From NCBI GenBank assembly GCA_964035545.1, contig OZ037769.1:15406633-15470632 (forward strand): a stretch of 64,000 bases of DNA. Direction: 5' to 3'. The notes beneath the pieces are model-generated. The model did not search any database, was not told where the DNA came from, and saw nothing but the letters and a program-made list of their open reading frames with translations. Positions 27,799 through 39,394 of the stretch are shown piece after piece (within the stretch, counting starts at the first letter, position 1; every line of letters starts with the position of its first letter). The position numbers were made by a program, and so were the translations under genes. The stretch comes from Bugula neritina (Eukaryota > Animalia > Bryozoa).

Positions 27799-30042
27799 GC
27801 AGATGCTGCTAAGTCAAGGGTCACCGGCAGTCAACTGTATGAATATCTACGGAGAGACGGCAGTTCACATAGCCTGCACGGAGAACCAACCAGAGTGCTT
27901 GGAGCTGTTGCTGATGAATAATGCTGACCCAATGGTGTCTGAGTCATACAAGTCCACAATACATTGCGCTGTGAAGGCCAAGAACACTGAGTGAGTTTTG
28001 TAATACACTAATATGTCACATGACAAAGTACTGGTGTGTTTGGGCTAGGGACTGCTTTTTCTCCTTTCCTTATAAACTAAATGAAATTTGCTTTCAATCT
28101 TGGAGTTTTCCGCACTTTACTATGGTGCAGTTGCCAGGTAACATTGTGTTGAACTAGAATTAATCTATTATCATTCTTCCCATGTTTAGATTGCTAAGCA
28201 TTGCTGTGCCCTTTTGAAATAATGTAAAACTAAATAAAGGTTGTTTATCACATATATACAATGCTTTTCTATTTTCTAGCTTATGTATCTATGAGACATA
28301 ATATCATGCTGTAATGTGATTGGTAGATGTGTGAGATTATTGGCTAAGAAGAAACCACAACTCCTAGAAGTTAAAGACGGGAAATTTGGCGGCACAGCTT
28401 TGCACTGGGCGACTACTAGAGAGGTTTGTATGTCTTACGGCATATGTATTGTCTTTACATTTGTGTGTCTGCGTGTGTCTGCATGCGCGCGCGTGTGTGT
28501 GTATAGACTAATATAACATTCATAGACTGATAAAAGAATTAACTTAACCATTACTAGTGACTATGAACATAGGTGTGTCAACTATTACTCTTACTTCTAC
28601 TGTTAGTATGACATAAACTAGATTTCACTATTAGTGTAGATTATTTAGTAGCTTTAACTACAAGACTCTAACTAGGAGTGCAACACTGATAAAGTCTTTA
28701 GTTAATTACTGCTAGTATAGTAAAAAACACAACATTTGCTACAAGTATAAGTACTAGCAAACATGAAGCAGCAGAGGTCTAAGGGTTAGAGCGATTGCCT
28801 AGTAAACTCGAAGTCATAGGTTCGAACCTCCGACAAAGGCCATTGGTGATGTTAGGAAGAGTATCTAGTCATAATTGCTCCTGTGTCACATATGAATAAG
28901 TCCTTAGCCCAATCTAACAAAAAGCCCTTCCATCAGGGTTTCCTCACAGGGTTTTCTCACAGTGACTATAAATTAGCGTGAGATTTTTTTATAAATGCTA
29001 GTAGACATAAACATGTATAAGCAAGACTATCGCTAAGGGCATAAAAATAACTATAAATAGAAAAGTAAGACTATTAAAATTAGTATTAAAACTCGAATGG
29101 ACTATAAATATAATAATTATAATATATATAATATAATAATTATATTATATTATATAATATAATATAATAATTATATTATATAATATAATATAATAATTAT
29201 ATTATATAATATAATATAATGATTATATTATATAATATAATATAATAATTATATTATATAATATAATATAATAATTATATTATATAATATAATATAATGA
29301 TTATATTATATAATATAATATAATAATTATATTATATAATATAATATAATGATTATATTATATAATATAATATAATAATTATATTATATAATAACTCACG
29401 CAGATCATCTTCTGTCTGCTGGAACATGGAGCCGTAATAGACGCTCTCTCCAACACCGGGGACACTCCGCTACACGTCATGCTCAACGAGGACCGGAGAG
29501 ATTGCGTCAACTGTCTGCTAACTGAGGGGGCGGATGTCACCATCCCCAACCATGAGGGGAAAACTCCTCTGCACATTGCTATCCCGGTACTCAGCTAGTA
29601 ACTTGTGTGTTACTTTAATTAGTCCAGATGTTTGATTAGCTGATGGAGTTATCATCTCTTTTATTACTTGGATAGTTTGTGTTCTCAGTATAGCCTTAGC
29701 TTTGACCTTTGCTGTAAATATGTTGAACACTCGTGCTTGTAGCCCCAGTCTGTTGCCATTCTGTAAAACTCAGTGAGCATTCATTATGTTGAGAGGGTTT
29801 TGATTGGAGTTGTTTTCACTCAGCTGTCTATAAGAATTATATGCTGCTTTGTACTCAACACTAGATGTATATTTTCTGTTGTTAGAATGTAGTGTCTGTG
29901 TGGACAATAAAGTTTCAAATCATTAGGTGGTGTTATACTATTTTGTGCCTATGTATCTATATTCTACATGTAGACACACTATATTCTACATCTATACACA
30001 CAATATCTATATTCTATATCTATACAGATAGTCTGCATATAT

Positions 30043-30106
<64 letters not shown>

Positions 30107-30922
30107 CACACGTAGACACACTATAATCTACTTACAGACAGACGATCTGGCCATGGTACGAAGTCTGGTAGTATTTGGTGCAGACGTCAATTCTGTCGAC
30201 AGAAACGGCAATTCTCCCCGGCATCTCGCTGCCACACAACGCTCTAAAAATAGGTACAGTTTTATATCATTGTCTATAAATAGGTGCAGTTTTTATATCA
30301 TTGTCTATAAATAGACACACAATCGATAAAGTGAAAGCCATAGAATTCACAACTCCAAGGATTTGAATGTTCGTAAAATATATTTGCTTGTTTTTCGAAT
30401 ATTTCATGGAAAAAGATTCCAGGTGGTAGATAGATTATGCAGTATAAATAAGAAGATGTATTGTAGAAGCAGTCGTGTGTGAAAGCTATATATTCTAATT
30501 GGCTGTAGTGAGAAGATACTTGCTACGCTGCATCTGATTGGTGCAGAACGGTGTGCTGCGGGTAGAAGGGAGTGCAGGGAGGGCTGTTCTGCTGCCGGTA
30601 CCAACAACGGTGCTAAAGTCAGCGATGTAGACAATGATCGTCTTAAAGCCGATGACGGTAGGGCGTGTGAGGGCCTCGTGTCATGTGACGTGTTGTGAGT
30701 GTCATGTGACGTGCTGTGAGTGTCATGTGACGTGCTGTGAATGTCATGTTATAAACCTTAAATTATTTTATTTACATGTAAACTATTGCTCTTTCAGCAT
30801 TTGATGACATGATGAACACTCTTAGTGAATGTGACAGTCAATCGGATGGTTACAGAGTAAGTTTAACCTTTCATATTTCTTCTTTCTCTAATATAATATA
30901 TATGTATATGTATATATATGTA

Positions 30923-30984
<62 letters not shown>

Positions 30985-33900
30985 TAATATATCATCATCC
31001 TAACTTGTTGTATAAATTTGTTTTGTGTTGAACTTTGTCACGTTGTCACAAGAAACTCAATGCGCTGTGTTTAGATGGTGTAATATCTCCTTCCAGGTGC
31101 TGTGTTTAGATGGTGTAATATCTCCTTCCAGGTGCTGTGTTTAGATGGTGTAATATCTCCTTCCAGGTGCTGTGTTTAGATGATGTAATATCTCCTTCCA
31201 GGTGCTGTGTTTAGATGGCGGAGGTATTCGAGGTCTCATACTCTCTATTATGCTGATTCAACTGGAGAAGTCGGCGGGTAAAGATATCAGGGACTGCTTT
31301 GATTGGATCTCCGGCACCAGTACCGGAGGTATACTTGCTTTGGCCTTGACCTACGGTGAGTCTGAAGGATATATACTAATTTCCAGCGTTAGTCTCAGTC
31401 AACTGTTTCACCTACGCGATTCATATAAAATTTCCCTGCCAAAGTTAAATAGATCAGAATACCTTTGACTCCTTATTTTAAATTTATTTTCTCACTCGAC
31501 AGTATTTATAGCTTGTGTTTCAAACTTTTAAACCACCCAATGATTAGCCTGTGTACTGCTGCAATTGATGATAACCAAGTTTAGCATAACTCAAATGTTA
31601 CACTACTGAATCAGGTAGCAACTTCACTAGTGAGTAAACCAGTCTAAAGATTTTATTAAATACATGAGCACACAACTCTAAAGATGTGTCACGGCTACAA
31701 GTGATGAAATTACATCATTTCTGTGTAAGAAGTAGAAAAGTTCCGCCGTATTTCTGTCTCATACCCCTTGTATTTCACATACCTTGTGTATTTCACATAC
31801 CTTGTGTATTTCACATACCTTGTGTATTTCACATACTCTGTGTATTTCACATACCTTGTGTATTTCACTTACTCTGTGTATTTCACATACTCTGTGTATT
31901 TCACATACTCTGTGTATTTTACAGGTAGAAATGCCAGGTACTGTCTGGGGCTGTACTTCAAGCTGAAGTCTCAGTTGTTTTCTGGCAGCAAACCGTACAA
32001 CAGCGAGCACTTTGACAAGATCTTGATAGAGGAGTATGGAGAGCATACCTTGATGTCAGAGCTTCCCTATCCCAGGTATCAGCTTGTGTATGACACTTCT
32101 GTGTATTACAAGGTATCAGCTTGTGTATGACACTTCTGTGTATTACAAGGTATCAGCTTGTGTATGACACTTCTGTGTATTACAAGGTATCAGCTTGTGT
32201 ATGACACTTCTGTGTATTACAAGGTATCAGCTTGTGTATGACACTTCTGTGTATTACAAGGTATCAGCTTGTGTGTGACACTTCTGTGTATTACAAGGTA
32301 TCAGCTTGTGTGTGACACTTCTGTGTATTACAAGGTATCAGCTTGTGTGTGACACTTCTGTGTATTACAAGGTGTCAGCTTGTGTGTGAGACTTCTGTGT
32401 ATTACAAGGTGTCAGCTTGTGTGTGACACTTCTGTGTATTACAAGGTGTCAGCTTGTGTGTGACACTTCTGTGTATTACAAGGTGTCAGCTTGTGTGTGA
32501 CACTTCTGTGTATTACAAGGTATCAGCATGTGTGTGACACTTCTGTGTATTACAAGGTATCAGCTTGTGTGTGACACTTCTGTGTATTACAAGGTATCAG
32601 CTGGTGTGTGACACTTCTGTGTATTACAAGGTATTAGCATGTGTGTGATACTTCTGTGTACTACAAGGTATCAGCATGTGTATGACACTTCTGTGTATTA
32701 CAAGGTATCAGCATGTGTGTGACACTTTGTGTATTACAAGGTATCAGCTTGTGTGTGACACTTCTGTGTATTACAAGGTATCAGCTTGTGTATGACACTT
32801 CTGTGTATTACAAGGTATCAGCTTGTGTATGACACTTCTGTGTATTACAAGGTATCAGCTTGTGTATGACACTTCTGTGTATTACAAGGTATCAGCTTGT
32901 GTATGACACTTCTGTGTATTACAAGGTATCAGCTTGTGTGTGACACTTCTGTGTATTACAAGGTATCAGCTTGTGTGTGACACTTCTGTGTATTACAAGG
33001 TGTCAGCTTGTGTGTGACACTTCTGTGTATTACAAGGTGTCAGCTTGTGTGTGACACTTCTGTGTATTACAAGGTATCAGCTTGTGTGTGACACTTCTGT
33101 GTATTACAAGGTATCAGCATGTGTGTGACACTTCTGTGTATTACAAGGTATCAGCATGTGTGTGACACTTCTGTGTATTACAAGGTATCAGCTTGTGTGT
33201 GACACTTCTGTGTATTACAAGGTATCAGCTGGTGTGTGACACTTCTGTGTATTACAAGGTATTAGCATGTGTGTGATACTTCTGTGTACTACAAGGTATC
33301 AGCATGTGTATGACACTTCTGTGTATTACAAGGTATCAGCATGTGTGTGACACTTTGTGTATTACAAGGTATCAGCTTGTGTATGACACTTCTGTGTATT
33401 ACAAGGTATCAGCTGGTGTATGACACTTCTGTGTATTACATAGTATTGCTATATTACTGCTTTATATGACTGCAATGTTATGTTACTATATATTACTCTA
33501 TTTTACAGAGTATCACTATATTACTACTGTATATTACAGAGTATTGCTATATTACTACCATATATTACAGAGTATCACTATATTACTACTGTATATTACA
33601 GAGTATCGCTATATTACTACTGTATATTAAAGAGTATTGCTATATTACTACTGTATATTACAGAGTATCGCTATATTACTACTGTATATTACAGAGTATC
33701 ACTATATTACTACTGTATATTACAGAGTATCACTATATTACTACTGTATATTACAGAGTATTACTATATTACTACTGTATATTAAAGAGTATTGCTATAT
33801 TACTACTGTATATTACAGAGTTCTAGTTACTTCTGTGTTAGCTGACAGATTTCCACCGGATTTCCATATTTTCCGAAACTACGAAAACCCCCTGCACCAG

Positions 33901-35925
33901 CTGCTGCCAGTGGCGCGCAGTGACAGTCATGGAACTCCTCCCAAACCCAACGGTTAGTCTACACCCCTGATACAATGTACTCATCTGTTGATATGGCAGA
34001 TGAGTACAGATAATATATCTGTCCCAGCAAGCAACATTTGTCTGTCATCTACTGTATTGTGTTATATTATATTGTAGAGGTGTGTATTATATTGTAGAGG
34101 TGTGTATTATATTGTAGAGGTGTGTATTGTATTGTGTTGTGTTGTGTTATATTATATCGTAGAGGTGTGTATTGTATTGTGTTGTGTTGTGTTATATTAT
34201 ATCGTAGAGGTGTGTATTATATTGTATTGTGTTGTGTTATATTATATCGTAGAGGTGTGTATTATATTGTATTGTGTTGTGTTATATTATATTGTAGAGG
34301 TGTGTATTTGGCAGGCAGCACGGAGTAGTGGTGCTGCCCCCACCTTCTTCACCGCCAGTATGAACATGTTCCTAGACGGGGGTCTCATGGCCAACAACCC
34401 GACTCTAGACACCCTCACTGAAATACAAGAGTTTACGGCAGGCCTCAAGGCTAGGGTTTGTTTCTACTTTGATTGTGTATGAAAGTCATCTTCGCGTTTT
34501 ACTGTTTAAATTCAAACTTTGTTTTGTACAACAATTCTGAAGTTTTCTCCCCTTCAAACTGTAGATCTCGGTATAAAATATTGCCTTGTTTATTCAACAT
34601 GGTTTCCCATCAACTGACTGGTATATCCTACTTTATAGCATGAGTACAAGGAAGTGAAACCCATAAGGTGTGTCGTGTCACTCGGGACGGGTCGTTGCCC
34701 TAAAATCCCCGTTACTGACTTTGATGTGTACAGACCTTTTGGGCTTGTCGACGCCTACAAAGTAGTGCAAGGTGCAACATCTCTCCTTAGACTCTTGGTG
34801 GAGCAGGTTAGTGTGTCACTTTAGAGGTTTATGTGAACTTCAGTTAGTTTCGTATTATCCAACGGAATTGTGAGATATCTCAATTTATTTTGAAGTTATC
34901 TTCTCATAAGTTTAATTTTAATTTGTCCATTAGTTTGGCTTTGCATTAGTTACATCCAGTAGTCAGTTTTAAGGTGCATTGGATTGGAGTTTGGGCAGGT
35001 AACTCATAGAAAAAGGGAAATAAAATGAACGTTATTTGCTACTCAGTCGGCCACTTTTGTCCCATCAATAAAATCCCGCAATTTATTTGCATTGAAAAAA
35101 ACTTATAATAATGTCGCATTGAAAAGGGTTGATGCTGCATATTGTTGTGCTGTTATCTCGTGTACAATGGAGTTGTCTTCACATTTCAACATCTACAGTT
35201 GCTGTTTCCCTTTCATACGCGCCAAGTCATGGGGTGCATGAAGCATGAATGCTCACAGGAATTTAAATTTTAATCTGTTATACTTTATCTTCGCATCAGA
35301 CATTACGCTTATCAGATGATAATCCAGGTTTTATGGGTTACTCACATCTCTTTAAGTATTCCAAGTCTCTACAAGATCTTCCAGTTATGGTTCACAATAT
35401 GGTATGATGACATGAATTATGAAACATAATTCAATAAGCAAAATTGCGTTACGTAACGTTCAATAGCAGACAACTTCTAATATTTTATCTTTGAATAATA
35501 TTCTCTGAATTGAAGAGATGCTACTTTATGTTTCACTCAGTTGACCATAAGTACTACAATTCTGGCAGAGCTAAATGTTTACAAACTCTTTGACCATTTC
35601 AGCTCCATATTTGCACATTTTATTTAATATCCACATCTTTATTCACTTCCCAGTCAATGCAGGGTGCAGGATAGCCTGTGTTTTATGTCTTTAGGCTACA
35701 CAATCAGAGGGGAGGCCAAACGAGAGAGCCCGAGCATGGTGCTCCGCGATCAATTCTCATTTCTTTAGACTGAGTCCCCAGCTGTCATTAGACATAAACT
35801 TGGATGAGACGAGTGACGACAAGCTGCTGCTAGTCTGCTGGGAGACCATGGTATATCTGCACCACAACCAGGACAAGATTGCCAAAATAGCCAGTATAGT
35901 TACCAACTGCTCACCAAACTCATAG
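25028..35925 (+). CDS. PLA2G6: Calcium-independent phospholipase A2 beta (85/88 kDa iPLA2; ankyrin repeats plus patatin domain), about 803 aa
   Basis: 16 exons: 25028-25125, 25457-25694, 26147-26253, 27085-27265, 27803-27990, 28327-28423, 29404-29586, 30138-30253, 30509-30657, 30798-30856, 31202-31355, 31925-32075, 33819-33952, 34298-34455, 34639-34806, 35695-35925; all phases are consistent. Ankyrin motifs: [40 protein letters not shown]. Patatin motifs: [44 protein letters not shown]. Confidence 0.95.
26808..26980. repeat. 39-bp tandem repeat in iPLA2 intron 3
   Basis: tagtttctctttaata.tcttg.ccatctgacaaagtgg, about 4.5 copies. Confidence 0.85.
27272..27800. repeat. (CTA)n microsatellite filling almost the whole iPLA2 intron 27266-27802
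   Basis: Produces the poly-Leu in ORF 27089..27994; bounded by CAG|gttaat and ctgcag|ATG. Confidence 0.95.
28765..28970 (+). mobile_element. tRNA-derived SINE-like copy in an iPLA2 intron
   Basis: A-box-like GGTCTAAGGGTTAGAGC (about 28776) and B-box GGTTCGAACC (28819-28828) at tRNA-like spacing, followed by a non-tRNA body (tggtgatgttaggaagagtatc...). No complete cloverleaf or acceptor stem. Confidence 0.6.
29105..29395. repeat. Almost pure A/T minisatellite (about 29 bp) immediately upstream of the acceptor at 29403
   Basis: ataatataatataataattatattatat units. Confidence 0.9.
31062..31218 (+). repeat. 35-bp tandem duplication spanning the intron/exon acceptor junction
   Basis: gtgctgtgtttagatggtgtaatatctccttccag, four copies; AGs end at 31096, 31131, 31166 and 31201. 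Confidence 0.95.
31758..31924 (+). repeat. 18-bp minisatellite ending in the acceptor at 31924
   Basis: tgtgtatttcacatac(ct/tc), about 9 copies; the last unit reads tgtgtattttacag. Confidence 0.9.
32074..33440 (+). repeat. 37-bp minisatellite, about 37 copies, starting at the donor at 32076
   Basis: gtatcagcttgtgt(a/g)tgacacttctgtgtattacaag units. Confidence 0.95.
33442..33821 (+). repeat. 31-bp minisatellite ending at the acceptor at 33818
   Basis: agtatcactatattactactgtatattacag, about 10-11 copies. Confidence 0.95.
34055..34308 (+). repeat. 20/45-bp tandem repeat spanning the acceptor at 34297 and the first 11 exon bases
   Basis: ..tattata(t/c)gtag|aggtgtgtatt.. repeated 7 times. Confidence 0.9.
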
Positions 35926-36529
35926 AAACAATACTGGAGGTGTTTACTACAAACTATTTCTCTCTACTTTCCATTAGTCTTTCAATGGTTTTTAGTTATA
36001 TCAGTTTTTACATCGATAATCAACAAATATTCAATTTGGTTTGTTCTCATTAAACATGACTATGCATTGATCAGTCTTTGTCTCTATTTCCTTTGCTGCT
36101 TTTGCATATATATATTTGATTTATTTTATTCCAAGTTGGTGAAATAGTACATTGGGGTTTTTAAAGGTAGACATGAAAAAATATATGAATTAATTAGAAA
36201 TCTGACTTCGCTCAAGACTTTGGTTTCATTAAATTATTTTCGCTTAGGAAAGCTAAGCCGTATAATGTGACAGTTTCAACAGGTTATAAATCATATTCAA
36301 TCATTTTGCTATGCAAACTGTTAATTCCATTTAAATATTAGAATAAATATTTTGTTATAATTTAACTTCAAAATTATTTATAGCGTTTTTATAGCCCGAA
36401 TTTGGTGGCTGCTTTATTTATATGCATATTTGTACATCAGCCTAAGTTGGTTGCTGATGGAATGATTGCTGAGAATTCGTCTTGCCAACTGCAGCCTGCT
36501 GTTTACTCATACTGCTTGGACAATACAAT

Positions 36530-39394
36530 AGAGGGGTTTCAGACATCCCTCTAGGGGAATTTGTATTTTAAAGTTGTCTCCCCCTACAGGGATTGGGGGC
36601 AGTCTCGATGATATATAGAAGGCCCATAAAATAAGTAGAAATGTAAGGTTTGAGTGAAGACTACTACTAGTATAAGTTTCATTTTTTCTGAGATTAATAT
36701 TTTGGCATAAATACACATATGAGCAGTTTCAGAATTTTTTTAAAAAATTTTGTTAATGATGAATGGCACAAAAACAAGACTTCAAAGCATATTTGTGGTT
36801 TTGGTTATTGAGCAAATCTGAAGCTGGCAGCTGTCATTATTATTTGCTTTGCTGACTGTAACCAGTCTGTTTAGAGCTGCTAACCTTTCAACTCTTAGAA
36901 CAATAATAACATGCTCGTACACTATATAGCTGCACTAGTGGGCTCTGTCTTACTGAACTTCAAACGCTCCAAATTATGGGTTGGAACACATGCCTGTAGG
37001 TTTATGAAGGCACTGGCTCATTTGTATTAACATGTTCACGTACTTACACACCTATACTATGAAAATAACTAAGCCACCCTACTATCTAATATTTCTATAT
37101 ATTAAAAAAATTATTATAAATATAAGGATATGTATTAAAATAGATAGATTAAATTTGTAATTTCAAGCAACATCTTATCTAAAAATGCCAAACACTGTAT
37201 AGCTATATATATGTTTTAAAAGCATTTGTTTACATGGCATGCCTGCAAGTCAATGAAAATATTTAGAGAACAGTAAAAAGAAGCATATAAATTTCAGAAT
37301 AGTTTCTTCTTTTCTGAGATGAATATTTTGGAAATGGCCCACAATTCAACATTTAAATTAAATCTGTAAAAAAAATTTCACAGTGTATTTTCAATAAATA
37401 ATTATTCTTGCAAGCTGCTTGTATACCAACATTCCTAATACAGAAATGTTTTTGGAGCATTGTAAATTACATACTGCTGCATTGCAGAAAAAAATCATCA
37501 AAAAAAGCACTTTTCAGTCAAATCAACTTGGCTTGTTTCCAAAAAAGAGTTGAAATGTACATTTAGTACCAGCTGTAAAGTATAGAAAGAACGAACTATG
37601 TCATAATGACTGCATTCTTATGACACTAATGAAATTGAGATTGGCTGTACTCCATACGATCTTGCTCAAAGGTGGAGTTTAAAATAATGCTACTAAGTTT
37701 CACTAAATTCCCAGATAATACTTTTTATATCAAATTATTTGGCTTTGCTGATTTAGCTATGTTATGTACATTTTGTACTTATTTATCTCTAGGTCAGTTT
37801 TCAGCCATATATTTGACCACATTGCTATACTTCCTTTGTGCCAGCATTCTCTCCTTTATATCTTTTCTGTGGTTTCTAATAATTTTCAGTGGTATGTCAC
37901 TGTATGTAAACTATGTGAACCATCAGGCTATCTCTTACACAATGCATGCTGCTATAAGAATAACAGCAGCTGTTATGTATTCAATCAACCTCATTGCAAG
38001 AATTGTGTTTGCTTGAAGCTCTCTGTTGAGTAGCTGTCTCTCGATATTACATAACTGCTTGTTTAAGAAAGTGCAAGATGAGAACTGTCCAACTTTAGCC
38101 GTCTAACTTAAATTACATTATATAGGATTACATCACTACATAATAAGCTGATTAAACAACACATATAAATCAGCCAAAAACACCACACACTTGACTAGCT
38201 CTAGTTTGACTCATTTATATTTCGAGTTTTTCACATTACTTGAACATGCTTTAGCTAATTTGTTGCATTATTTTTCATCCATACATGTAATACAAGAATT
38301 TATTATATTATTTTTTTAGGTTTGGATTGTCTACTAGGCAGCTATCGCAGATATTTAATCAGACTGTGAAGTTGCTTAGAGAAGCTCTAAATCCAATGAT
38401 AGTATTTTATCAACACGCTGAGGTTAAGAAAACTATTCCACCTCAATGAACTTTGACCTAGTTAACTAGACCACTGTAAAATGGCATGCCAGAACAAACA
38501 CAAACCAGCTTGCAAGAATAATTATTCATTGAGAATACACTGTGAAAAATTATTTTACAGACTTAATTTAAAAGTTGAATTGTGGGACATTTCCAAAATA
38601 TTCATCTCAGAAAAGAAGAAACTATTCTGAAATTTATATGCTTCTTTTTACTGTTCTCTAAATATTTTCATTGACTTGCAGGCATGCCATGTAAACAAAT
38701 GCTTTTAAAACATATATATAGCTATACAGTGTTTGGCATTTTTAGATAAGATGTTGCTTGAAATTACAAATTTAATCTATCTATTTTAATACATATCCTT
38801 ATATTTATAATAATTTTTTTAATATATAGAAATATTAGATAGTAGGGTGGCTTAGTTATTTTCATAGTATAGGTGTGTAAGTACGTGAACATGTTAATAC
38901 AAATGAGCCAGTGCCTTCATAAACCTACAGGCATGTGTTCCAACCCATAATTTGGAGCGTTTGAAGTTCAGTAAGACAGAGCCCACTAGTGCAGCTATAT
39001 AGTGTACGAGCATGTTATTATTGTTCTAAGAGTTGAAAGGTTAGCAGCTCTAAACAGACTGGTTACAGTCAGCAAAGCAAATAATAATGACAGCTGCCAG
39101 CTTCAGATTTGCTCAATAACCAAAACCACAAATATGCTTTGAAGTCTTGTTTTTGTGCCATTCATCATTAACAAAATTTTTTAAAAAATTTCTGAAACTG
39201 CTCATATGTGTATTTATGCCAAAATATTAATCTCAGAAAAAATGAAACTTATACTAGTAGTAGTCTTCACTCAAACCTTACATTTCTACTTATTTTATGG
39301 GCCTTCTATATATCATCGAGACTGCCCCCAATCCCTGTAGGGGGAGACAACTTTAAAATACAAATTCCCCTAGAGGGATGTCTGAAACCCCTCT
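36530..39394. mobile_element. Non-autonomous foldback DNA transposon, probably ISL2EU-type (PIF/Harbinger superfamily)
   Basis: Near-identical inverted arms at about 36530-37417 and 38506-39394; ORFs 36507..36716(-) and 39208..39399(+) give the same peptide. Termini AGAGGGG...CCCCTCT are flanked by AT on both sides. The spacer holds a transposase HTH remnant. Confidence 0.75.
37418..38449 (+). pseudogene. Decayed two-exon transposase fragment (HTH region that precedes the DDE_Tnp_4/HARBI-like catalytic domain)
   Basis: About 37418-37671 reads LYTNIPNTEMF...(one TGA)...NDCILMTLMKLRLAV-(frameshift)-YDLAQR. Spliced CAAAG|gt (37671) to tttttag| (38320), it continues FGLSTRQLSQIFNQTVKLLREALNPMIVFYQHAEVKKTIPPQ*. 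This matches the LMTLMKLRL..DLA.RFG.S...S.IF pattern of this family. Confidence 0.75.

Noticed and set aside
27089-27994. Ankyrin protein with a roughly 180-residue poly-Leu tract
   Set aside because: The tract is a GT-AG intron (27266-27802); removing it restores the iPLA2 ankyrin repeats.
28765-28840. tRNA gene
   Set aside because: A and B boxes are present but there is no proper acceptor stem, and the sequence continues into a SINE-like body.
32074-33440. CRISPR-like array (37-bp period)
   Set aside because: Units are head-to-tail with no unique spacers, the array lies in a spliceosomal intron, and there are no cas genes.
36507-36716. Duplicated small protein gene (same peptide at 39208-39399)
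   Set aside because: A by-product of the inverted arms; non-ATG start and no recognisable motif.
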